From contig CAVYQE010000001.1 of assembly GCA_963770565.1 (NCBI GenBank), positions 448,001 to 512,000 on the forward strand: a stretch of DNA of 64,000 bases, given 5' to 3'. How positions within the stretch are numbered: the stretch's first letter is position 1; each line of letters opens with the position of its first letter. Positions 29,519 to 37,589 of the stretch are shown one piece after another. The position numbers and the translations under genes are program-made. This DNA comes from an uncultured Actinomycetota bacterium (GTDB lineage: Bacteria; Actinomycetota; Actinomycetes; JAFAQI01). Below the pieces are notes generated by a model. The model ran no database searches and was not told where the DNA came from. It saw only the letters and a program-made list of their open reading frames with translations.

Positions 29519-31378
29519 GTGAGAATCAGTCTTAAGCGTGCGTCCACCGGGGTGGGAGCCCTGGCGCTCGCGGCCGGCCTTGTGCTTGCCTCGAGCGGGG
29601 TGGCGTCCGCATCCACCAACGTCGGGTGGGAGCCCGACCCGAACGCGATCGGCACGATCACGCTGCTCGACTCGAACGGCGTGCCGATCACGGGCGGCAG
29701 TCTCGACTCGCACCCGTTTGCGGCGTACGCAGTCGCCTCGCACCAGGGACGTAGCGGGATCGACAGCAAGGGCCAACTCTACGCATACACCCCACAGGTC
29801 GGCACCAACCCGCAGACCTGGAGCGGCGACCTGCTCAGCGCCGGCACCTATAGCCCCGCGCCCGCAGGGACCCCGGCGGACGTGTCGAGTACGGGTCTTC
29901 CATTCGTCACCGGTGGATCCGCCGACTTCTCCTTCAACGACTACATCAGTGAGTACCCGAACACGCTGTCGACGACCGGCTACGTGAACCTCTACCAGTT
30001 GAGGTTCTACACCGCCGGCTCGCAGGCGCCGGACACCACCGCGTACGACGTCGTGGACATCCAGGTCAACACCTCTGCGGACACCTGGCAGGTCGTCTAC
30101 CCGGGTGCGGCGAACGGCAACTACCCGGACGCCACGGATGCCACCACGACGACGCTTACCACTACGCCGAGCAGCCCGGACACGTCCAGCAACAACCCGG
30201 AGACGGTAACCCTGCACGCGTCCGTCAGTGCCGCCACGGCGGTTCCGTCCGGCTACACCGGCGGGATCGGCACGGTGTCGTTCTTCGACGGGACCACGCC
30301 GGTCGGCTCACCGCAACTGGTCAGCGGAACTGGCCCTTACACGGCCAGCGTCACCGACTCAGTGCCCAACCCGTCGTCGCACACGTTCACGGCGAAGTTC
30401 GCTCCGTATGTCGGCACCGGCCTGGCCGCCTCACAAGGGTCAGCACCGTTCCAGGTCGGCGCTCCGGTTCCTGGCACCACCACGGCTCTCTCGGTGACCC
30501 CGGGTCAGTTTGCGGGTGACCAGAACAGCTACACCGCCACGGTTACGTACCCGGCGGGGACGAACTGCACCGGTACCGTCAACTTCTTCGACGGCACGAC
30601 ACTTGTTGCAGGGCCGATCAGCCCGAAGCCGGGTACTCCGAACGAGTTCGACGCGACGAACACCTTCAACGCGCCGGACTCGCACTCAATTACTGCGGCG
30701 TTCACCCCGGCCGACCCGTCCGTTTGCGGTGGGTCGACCTCGTCGCCGTCGACGTTCTCGCAGGGCGCAAACCCGAACGGTCCTTGTGCGACGTCGAACG
30801 GCGGTCAGTGCACCGATGTCCAGACGATCACGACCACGGTGCCCCAGGGCATCTTGGTCATCTCCACGCCCTACACGGCCAGCAACCCGCTGAACCTGGG
30901 GACGATGTCACTGGACAGCACCGGCACGATGTTCACTGCGCACGCTACGTTCGGCGCGAGCTCGACGGACGCGACGCAGGACATCTACGTCACCGACACC
31001 CGTTCGGGTGACCTCCCGTGGACGGCTCAGGCGCAGGCCTCGAACCTGTCCGACGGTGGGTCGAACGTCAGCTCGCAGATCAGCGGCGAGAACGTCGGGC
31101 TGTCCGGTCTCACGGAGGTTCCGGTCACGGGTAACGGGTTCGACGGTACGGCGACGAACTTCACCACCTACAACAACTTCGCCGCCAGCCCGGCCGTTGC
31201 TCCGACCGACACAGGTACCGCCGGTCTCGGGAACGCTGCGCATGACATCGCTCAGGCGCAGCACGGTACTGGTTCGATCGGTCTCACCGGGACGCTCACT
31301 GTGAACGCCCCGAGCTCCACCGAGCCCGGTACGTTCACCGGCACGGTTACCTTCACGCTGGTCGGCAGCCTGGTTTAG
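29519..31378 (+). CDS. Secreted protein: unnamed domain + two Ig-like (Big_3-like) repeats + C-terminal WxL-like domain
   Basis: SD CAGGGAGA/GTG; GWEPDPNAIG domain; GTVSFFDGTT and GTVNFFDGTT repeats; VTDTRSG..PWTA...GTFTGTVTFTL. Confidence 0.8.
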   Translation: MRISLKRASTGVGALALAAGLVLASSGVASASTNVGWEPDPNAIGTITLLDSNGVPITGGSLDSHPFAAYAVASHQGRSGIDSKGQLYAYTPQVGTNPQTWSGDLLSAGTYSPAPAGTPADVSSTGLPFVTGGSADFSFNDYISEYPNTLSTTGYVNLYQLRFYTAGSQAPDTTAYDVVDIQVNTSADTWQVVYPGAANGNYPDATDATTTTLTTTPSSPDTSSNNPETVTLHASVSAATAVPSGYTGGIGTVSFFDGTTPVGSPQLVSGTGPYTASVTDSVPNPSSHTFTAKFAPYVGTGLAASQGSAPFQVGAPVPGTTTALSVTPGQFAGDQNSYTATVTYPAGTNCTGTVNFFDGTTLVAGPISPKPGTPNEFDATNTFNAPDSHSITAAFTPADPSVCGGSTSSPSTFSQGANPNGPCATSNGGQCTDVQTITTTVPQGILVISTPYTASNPLNLGTMSLDSTGTMFTAHATFGASSTDATQDIYVTDTRSGDLPWTAQAQASNLSDGGSNVSSQISGENVGLSGLTEVPVTGNGFDGTATNFTTYNNFAASPAVAPTDTGTAGLGNAAHDIAQAQHGTGSIGLTGTLTVNAPSSTEPGTFTGTVTFTLVGSLV

Positions 31379-31412
31379 GCCAGCGCGCTGACAAGCGTCG
31401 GCACAGCAGAAG

Positions 31413-31450
31413 GGTCGGGGCGGGCCGAAGCGGCCCGCCCCGACCTCTTT
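31413..31450 (+). terminator. Rho-independent terminator
   Basis: ggtcggggcgggccg-aag-cggcccgccccgacc followed by tcttt. Confidence 0.8.
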
Positions 31451-31507
31451 ACTCTCTGTTCATCCCTGGATCGATGGGCGTTCATGCATTCACGGTTACC
31501 TCTTGAT

Positions 31508-32656
31508 GTGACTCGCACGGCCGGTCGTCTGCGCGCCGCGCTGCGGGCGGCAGTCTTCGGGCTTGCTGTCGCAGTCGCGACCCTCGTGGTCAACGCCGGC
31601 GGTTCGTCGGCAAGAGCGAAGCCGACGAGCGTCGCCTTTCGCCTGGTCGAGAAGAGCGGTAGCGGGTCATCCCAGAAGGCGGCAGCGAAGAACAAGGCAA
31701 CCTGGGGGATCGGTCCTGCGTCGCGCAAGAAGATCGACGGTCGGCCGGACTACAAATGGTTCGTCTCACCCGGCGCAGTCCTGCACGACCATGTCGCGAT
31801 CGAAAATCTCAGCAAGCGCTCACTCAAGTTGTTCGTGTATGCGCGGGACGCCACCAATGCTCCCAACGGCCAGCTCGCCCTCCAGCCCAGGCAGGCTGCG
31901 CCGCAGGGAATTGGCGCCTGGGTGACGATCGACCTTCCGCAGCACCGAGATTGGGTGATCGTCGGAGCCCGGTCGACGCTGATTCTGCCCTTTACTCTGC
32001 AGGTTCCCACCAATGCTGACCCTGGTGACTACACCGGTGGGGTCATCTCCGCGCTGAACGCGCAGGTGACGACCAGCGGCGGCCAAGCGATCTCTCCTAC
32101 GCTCCAGCAGCGGGTTGCGGTACCGATGATCGCTCGGGTATCCGGACCACTCCATCCGGGCCTCTCGATCACGAATCTGCACACCTCCTACAAGGGGACG
32201 TTCAACCCGATCGGCGATGGACAAGCGACCGTCACTTACCGCGTCGTCAACACGGGTAACGTCAACCTCGGGGCCCAACAGCAGGTCACGCTCCGCGGCT
32301 TGTTCGGCACCACAACGCGGATCGGCGCGGCGAACGTTCCAGCACTCCTGCCCGGCAGCTCCGAGACGATCACGGTGCCGGTGGCCGGCGTCTTTCCGGA
32401 GTTCCTCGAGACCGCGAAGGTGATCCTCCAGCCGTTGATTCCCGCCGGCGATGTCGATGGGCCGGTGCCCCAGCCGCACGCAAGTTCTCGATTACTCGCC
32501 ATACCGTGGATGCTTATTCTCTTGGTCGCACTTCTTGTGGCGCTCGTCGTTCTCGAGGTGCGTCGCCGTCGTACCTCCGCTCGAAACCGGCGGGCTGCAG
32601 CGTCTGGCCGCGCCGGCCGACTCGATACCGCCCCGAACGCGCCGGAAACAACATGA
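31508..32656 (+). CDS. WxL-interacting protein-like (DUF916-type) with C-terminal TM
   Basis: PGAVLHDHVAIENLS...L.VYARDA, F.LQVPTNADPGDYTGG, RV...RVSG.L.P.L, Y.VVNTGNVNL, LLPG, IPW+TM+RRRR; start 31484 or 31508. Confidence 0.78.
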   Translation: MTRTAGRLRAALRAAVFGLAVAVATLVVNAGGSSARAKPTSVAFRLVEKSGSGSSQKAAAKNKATWGIGPASRKKIDGRPDYKWFVSPGAVLHDHVAIENLSKRSLKLFVYARDATNAPNGQLALQPRQAAPQGIGAWVTIDLPQHRDWVIVGARSTLILPFTLQVPTNADPGDYTGGVISALNAQVTTSGGQAISPTLQQRVAVPMIARVSGPLHPGLSITNLHTSYKGTFNPIGDGQATVTYRVVNTGNVNLGAQQQVTLRGLFGTTTRIGAANVPALLPGSSETITVPVAGVFPEFLETAKVILQPLIPAGDVDGPVPQPHASSRLLAIPWMLILLVALLVALVVLEVRRRRTSARNRRAAASGRAGRLDTAPNAPETT

Positions 32657-32669
32657 CAGGTGAATCACG

Positions 32670-33605
32670 ATGAGTCGATTGCGCCGCGTGGCCAGCGTTG
32701 GCCTCCCCCTCTTGATCGCAGTCGGCCCCATGGTCGGGCCGGCGGTTGTTGCGGCTCGTGCCGTCACAGCACCCGCCGACAACTACGCGCAGGGCTACGT
32801 CGGGCTGTGCGACAAACAGGGCCAGAATGTCACCAGCGGAAGCGTGTACGACAAGCCGTTCATCTGGCGCGCGGTCGGCTCGGTGGCGGCGCCGGTGCCG
32901 TTCAACGCCTCGAGCCGCAAGGCCACTCTGTATGCCTTCCAACCCCGTCCAGGGGTCGACGCGAGCGAATGGAGCGGTACCACCATGACCGCCGCCTCGC
33001 CCTACTCGAACCCGTCGGTCCCCATGGCGCAGGCGAACCATCGCGACCTGGGGCTATCGGACTACCTCAACGACTATCCGGCCGAGGTGAACGGAATCGT
33101 GGAGCTTCGGCTTCTCTACAGCTCCGCGGATACCGGCTTCTCCACGAGCTACGCCGCGTCGTTTATCCAGGTTCACGGCACGACTTGGACCCTGATCAAG
33201 GGGGGCAAGGTCAACTGCACGGCGGGCAGGGCGACTTCCCCGGAAGCGAAGCTGCCCAAGTACGACAAGGCGGGAAAGCAGCCTCCCCAGTTGTTGTCGG
33301 TCGTGGCGGCCAAGTCGGTCGGCGCTCCGACCAGCCGGGCTGCGAACCTTGCCGCTCGGAACGCGGCGCTTCACGGTCCCGGCACGGAGACGTCACCGTC
33401 TGCGACTTCTTCGACAGGGTCGACCCCTCCCTCCGGCTCGCCGATCGGCGCTTCTACTAGCCCCGCGACGTCCGGTGGTGAGGCTGCGGCTGGCGGCTCA
33501 AGCGGATCATCCGCTGGGCTGATTGCTCTCGCGATCGCGATCGCGGTCGTCATCGCGGGCGGCGGATTGTTCTGGTGGAAGCGCGGAACGGGCGCGACCG
33601 GGTAG
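32670..33605 (+). CDS. Secreted protein with divergent copy of the unnamed domain and C-terminal TM anchor
   Basis: Signal peptide; G.V.L.D..G..VTSGS...PF...AV, LYAFQP....WSG, DYLNDYP; S/T/G linker; TM + WWKR. Confidence 0.75.
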   Translation: MSRLRRVASVGLPLLIAVGPMVGPAVVAARAVTAPADNYAQGYVGLCDKQGQNVTSGSVYDKPFIWRAVGSVAAPVPFNASSRKATLYAFQPRPGVDASEWSGTTMTAASPYSNPSVPMAQANHRDLGLSDYLNDYPAEVNGIVELRLLYSSADTGFSTSYAASFIQVHGTTWTLIKGGKVNCTAGRATSPEAKLPKYDKAGKQPPQLLSVVAAKSVGAPTSRAANLAARNAALHGPGTETSPSATSSTGSTPPSGSPIGASTSPATSGGEAAAGGSSGSSAGLIALAIAIAVVIAGGGLFWWKRGTGATG

Positions 33606-33640
33606 CGGTAGCGGACCTGACGGATTGAGCCCAGCCAGAC

Positions 33641-34666
33641 TTACGGCTGGTCCGACGATCCCCCGCCGTCCGGTGGGCCCTGAACGGCGGCCGCGTGCTT
33701 GGCCCTGATTCGCCGCTTACGTCGTCCCATTGCCCACCAGAAGCCCGTGCCCGCCAGAAACGTCAGGGCTGCTGCGCCGGCCAGTGCGGGAAGCCGGGTG
33801 GAGGTGTGCCGCGGGGCGGAGGGCGTGCTCGTCGAGGGTGGTTGGCCGCCGCCCACCACCGCGGTCGTGATGGGCGCGGGACTCGGGCTCGCAGTCGTAC
33901 TCGGGCTCGGGCTCGCACTCGGGCTCGGGCTCGGGCTCGGCCTGGCACTTGGGCCGGCCCCTGGACTCCGGTGGTGCTTGTGGTGGTGCTTGTGGTGGTG
34001 CTCGTGGTGGTGCCGCTTCGGTGGCTTCACCGGAACGACGGCTCTGCTGCAGCCGACGGTGAACGTCAGCGTGCCGCGGTAGCTGCCAGGCGGTGTGGAC
34101 GTGGGTGCCACCACCCGAAGATCGCCCGACAGCGTCACGACTCCGCGACCGCGTCGGGCCGATGCGATGACGTGCGGTCGGCCGCCCAACCCATCCGTGC
34201 CCTCGGCATCCTCAGCGACGGCGGGGTCCGCGGGAGGGTTGTTGTGCAAACGGAGGTTTCGCGCTGATGGGTCGAAAGTTGAGCCCTTGGATGCGATGAC
34301 GTGCACATGGACCAGCCCGACGTCTTGGTCGTCGATGGCGTTGATCGTATGGTGGATCGAAACCTTGGCCCGCAGCCTTGAGGCCTCGCCTCGCAAGGTC
34401 CAAGGGCGCTCCCTGTGGCGCGAGTCGTGGACGGTAATCCCGCTAAACGCGACGGTGGCGACGTACTGGTCCGCGCGTGCGTTCAAGACCAAGAGGAGCG
34501 TGAACCGGAGCGGATGGCGGCTCGTGTAGGGCGATGACACTCGAAGCTGGCAGTGCGGATGGCGAACGGGTGGGGCGGCGGCGGCCGGGACGGTCATCCA
34601 GGCGGAGCCAAGCGTGAGGATCGCCGCCAATGCCGATCGGAACCCGACCTCCGACCGACCGCCCAC
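33641..34666 (-). CDS. Membrane-anchored WxL-like protein
   Basis: Collinear with the C domain of the 29519 ORF (SPYT..PL, V.DSR....PWTL, DVGL, PAVA....GLG, APTST.PGSY.GTLTFTV); His-rich and PS linker; TM + RRKRR. Confidence 0.72.
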   Translation of the reverse strand: MGGRSEVGFRSALAAILTLGSAWMTVPAAAAPPVRHPHCQLRVSSPYTSRHPLRFTLLLVLNARADQYVATVAFSGITVHDSRHRERPWTLRGEASRLRAKVSIHHTINAIDDQDVGLVHVHVIASKGSTFDPSARNLRLHNNPPADPAVAEDAEGTDGLGGRPHVIASARRGRGVVTLSGDLRVVAPTSTPPGSYRGTLTFTVGCSRAVVPVKPPKRHHHEHHHKHHHKHHRSPGAGPSARPSPSPSPSASPSPSTTASPSPAPITTAVVGGGQPPSTSTPSAPRHTSTRLPALAGAAALTFLAGTGFWWAMGRRKRRIRAKHAAAVQGPPDGGGSSDQP

Positions 34667-34788
34667 CTCTGAGTCAACTCCCGCGATGGCTCGGTGTCGT
34701 GAATTGGCTTGAGAGTACGACGTCGGCCGACTCCGGGATGGGCGTTTTGGATCATTTCACCCACTCGGGTAGTAGTCGCAATCGAGCG

Positions 34789-35865
34789 TCAGTGATGATG
34801 CGGGAGCTTCGTCGGCAGCGAGGGAGACGGGGTAGGGGTTGGGCGGGCTGACAAGGTCGGGCTCGGAATCGGCTGGGGCGGCGCCGGCGAGGCCGGAGGG
34901 GTCGGGTTGGTTGGTGGAATCCCGGTCGGCTGACTCGGCGGAACGATCTGCATGGGGATTAGTCGTCGGCGACGCTTGGGCAGGCCGTTGATCCCTAGCT
35001 TGGCCGGGTTGATGTGGCGATAGGCCGCAATGGCGGTGAGTACCGAGCGCACGTATATATGGGAGTGGTTGTAGGTGTAGACCGCCCGGATCAGGTTGGG
35101 CGGGCGATTAAGGCTGCTGGCCGCCGCACAGAGGTAATGTGCCGCCGCGAGAGTGGCATCGTCGATGTCCTGCGGGTTTCGCATTCCGTCGTGGTTGCCG
35201 TCGGCCCCGTAGTAGGCCCACGTCGACGGCAGGATCTGCATCGGGCCGACGGCGCGGTCCCACCGACGGTCGCCGTCGTAGGTACCGCGGTCGGTGTCCG
35301 GCACGCGCGCGACCCCGCCATTCCCGTCGAGAACGGGACCGTAGATCGGAGGATTCGCAACGCCATCCCAATGGGGGCTAGCCGACCCTCCGGACACTGC
35401 ATTGTCCGACTCCACAAGACCGATGCCGGCGAGTACCTGCCACGCCAACCTGCATTCACGATCGGACGTGGCGGTGAGGCGTGCTGCGTTCACATAGGCG
35501 GCGAGCACCGGGCGCGGGATGGCGGCCGCTGGCACCGGTACGACCCTGTTCTGCGGCAATGGCACGAGCGCGGCGACGGGCGTAGCCAGAGCTTGCGCGC
35601 TCGCCAGTCGCTGGATGACCCGGGCGGTGAGTGGGGTCGTTGGAGGGATCGCGTCGAAGGGCATGGTGGTGCTTGGTGCGCTCGACGCTTGGTCGGCGAC
35701 GCTGCCACGGGCGCTGCCCCCCGCGGGTTGAGTCGGTCCGACGGATAACCCGACCGCGAGCAGTACCGTCGCCGCGGCCAGCCTGCCTAGGCTGAATCGA
35801 GCGCGGGTCAACTCGGCCACCCTCTTACACCTCCGGGCGCCGTAGCGGGCATCGGACACACTCAC
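34789..35865 (-). CDS. Lytic transglycosylase (SLT_2/MltB-like)
   Basis: LAGIGLVES, DRAVGPMQILPSTW, DGNHDG..NPQDIDDA..AAAHYL, YNHS. Confidence 0.85.
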   Translation of the reverse strand: MSVSDARYGARRCKRVAELTRARFSLGRLAAATVLLAVGLSVGPTQPAGGSARGSVADQASSAPSTTMPFDAIPPTTPLTARVIQRLASAQALATPVAALVPLPQNRVVPVPAAAIPRPVLAAYVNAARLTATSDRECRLAWQVLAGIGLVESDNAVSGGSASPHWDGVANPPIYGPVLDGNGGVARVPDTDRGTYDGDRRWDRAVGPMQILPSTWAYYGADGNHDGMRNPQDIDDATLAAAHYLCAAASSLNRPPNLIRAVYTYNHSHIYVRSVLTAIAAYRHINPAKLGINGLPKRRRRLIPMQIVPPSQPTGIPPTNPTPPASPAPPQPIPSPTLSARPTPTPSPSLPTKLPHHH

Positions 35866-36098
35866 GCTAGAAGCCCTCCAGGCGCTGCGGGCGCTGGTGC
35901 CCGACCATTCATCCAGGCGTCACTTGTTGTCCACGACCGTCCGATGCACGGGTTGTCGCGACGTGTTCGAGCGCCTTTTATGAGTGGGACGCGCCGAGTG
36001 GTCGAACTTCTGCTTGAGTCGATCTTGGACTTGTGGATAACGTGCCGTGTAACCGAAACGTGACCTGCTGACCTCCCCTGGTTAGCGACGTCTCGGGA

Positions 36099-36250
36099 CC
36101 GCCGAGTCGCGTGGGTTCACCGGTTGTGACGCCGGGGGGCTCGCCAGAGCCGGGGACCCGTTCCCCAGGGGTGAGTCGGCGTCGCGCAAGCGGCGTCGTA
36201 GGGCGAAGTTCTTCCGCGCCCGAACCCGGCAGCTAACCCGGTAGGCGGGG
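36099..36250 (+). ncRNA. Cyclic di-AMP (ydaO/yuaA) riboswitch
   Basis: GCCGAGTC...GGGGACCC...GGGGTGAGTC...GTAGGG...CTTCC..CCCGAACCCGGCAGCTAACCCGGTAGGC upstream of a cell-wall hydrolase. Confidence 0.85.
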
Positions 36251-36278
36251 ATGACGGAAGAAAGGCGCCGCCCCGCTG

Positions 36279-37409
36279 ATGCTGCGACAAGCTAAGTTGA
36301 CGGGGCGCAGGCTGGTGGCAACCGGGATTGCCGCGACCGTGATCACCGGTTTTGTGGTCGCCGTGCCGCTCTCCGCGCACGCCGAGAGCGCGAAGCAGGT
36401 CAAGGCCGATATCGCCGCTGCCCAGGTCACGCTGCGCGCCCTCGACAACCAGGCCGAGGCCGCCAGTGAGCGGTACGACGCCGCGCGGATCAAGCTCGCG
36501 GCAGCTCAGCGCGGCGCGGCGGTGGCGAAGGACAACTTGTCCCGGGCGCAAGCCAAGATGGCGGCCCTGCAGTCCTCGGTGACGGCTTTCGCGGTCGCGG
36601 CTTACCGCGGTCAGACCGACACCTCGATGCTCACGTTGATGAATGGCTCGGCCAACAACCTGGTCGGTCGGGTCTCCTCACTGCAGGCGATTTCCGCGAG
36701 CGAGGCCGAGACGCTGGTCCGCGTCGACGCGGCCCGCCGGGTCGAGGAGCAGGCGCAGGCGAGCGCAACGGCCGCACTGGCCGCTCAGCAGTCAGCGACG
36801 ACCGCAATGGCCGCGGACCGCACCGCGATCCTCGCTGCCGCGGCGAAGGAACAGACGATCTTGCAAGGGCTTCAGGCTAAGGAGGCCGCGATCATCAAGG
36901 CCGCCAAGGCCCGCGCCGCCCGGTTGGCGGCCGAGCGGGCGGCCGCTGCGTTGCGGCGGCAGCGGGAAGCGGCTGCGGCGGCCGCACGGCAGGTGAAGTC
37001 ACAGCCGGTCTCGCCGCCGACGCCCACCCCGGTGCCGGGCTCGGGCGGAGCGGCGACCGCGGTGGCCTGGGCTTACCGCGAGATCGGCAAGCCATACGTG
37101 TGGGGTGCGGCCGGGCCGAACTCCTTCGACTGCTCAGGTCTGGCGATGTACGTCTGGGCCAAGGCCGGCGTCGCACTCGAGCACTTCACCGGCGACCAGT
37201 GGCACGAGGGGACGCACGTCTCGCGGTCGCAGCTCGAGCCGGGCGACCTGGTGTTCTTCGCCTACAACACCTCCGATCCCGGGACCATCCACCACGTGGG
37301 CATCTACATCGGCGGCGGCGAGATGATCGATGCGCCGTACACCGGGGTGGACGTCCGCAAGGACCCGGCCTTCCGCTCCGACTACATCGGCGCGGTCCGT
37401 CCGGGCTAG
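36279..37409 (+). CDS. Secreted NlpC/P60 peptidoglycan endopeptidase with coiled coil
   Basis: GKPYVWGAAGPNSFDCSGL, PGDLVFF, HHVGIYIGGG. Confidence 0.92.
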   Translation: MLRQAKLTGRRLVATGIAATVITGFVVAVPLSAHAESAKQVKADIAAAQVTLRALDNQAEAASERYDAARIKLAAAQRGAAVAKDNLSRAQAKMAALQSSVTAFAVAAYRGQTDTSMLTLMNGSANNLVGRVSSLQAISASEAETLVRVDAARRVEEQAQASATAALAAQQSATTAMAADRTAILAAAAKEQTILQGLQAKEAAIIKAAKARAARLAAERAAAALRRQREAAAAAARQVKSQPVSPPTPTPVPGSGGAATAVAWAYREIGKPYVWGAAGPNSFDCSGLAMYVWAKAGVALEHFTGDQWHEGTHVSRSQLEPGDLVFFAYNTSDPGTIHHVGIYIGGGEMIDAPYTGVDVRKDPAFRSDYIGAVRPG

Positions 37410-37589
37410 TCCCGTTTCGCGCCGGTAGAGCCACCAGGTACGCCGGATCCGGGCCGGGTGATGATCATCCGCAATCCGCCGGATTGCGCGCGCGAGCGCC
37501 TATAGTCACCCCGACCCAGCAATCGCCTGAGCAACCGTCCTGCTCGCTCGGCCACAAGCCGTGGCAGCAGTCGTTCAAAGGGGCTGGCT

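Noticed and set aside
33890-34010. DNA-level regulatory repeats (ctcggg)n and (gtggtgctt)n
   Set aside because: Explained as coding repeats for the Pro-Ser and His-His-Lys-His linker of the WxL-TM protein
35907-35935. Additional PHO-like repeat (attcatc/cgtcact/gtccacg)
   Set aside because: Each unit deviates from the core and the target gene is unclear; too weak to call
36032-36040. Replication origin
   Set aside because: Only one DnaA box, no AT-rich unwinding element, no dnaA/dnaN nearby
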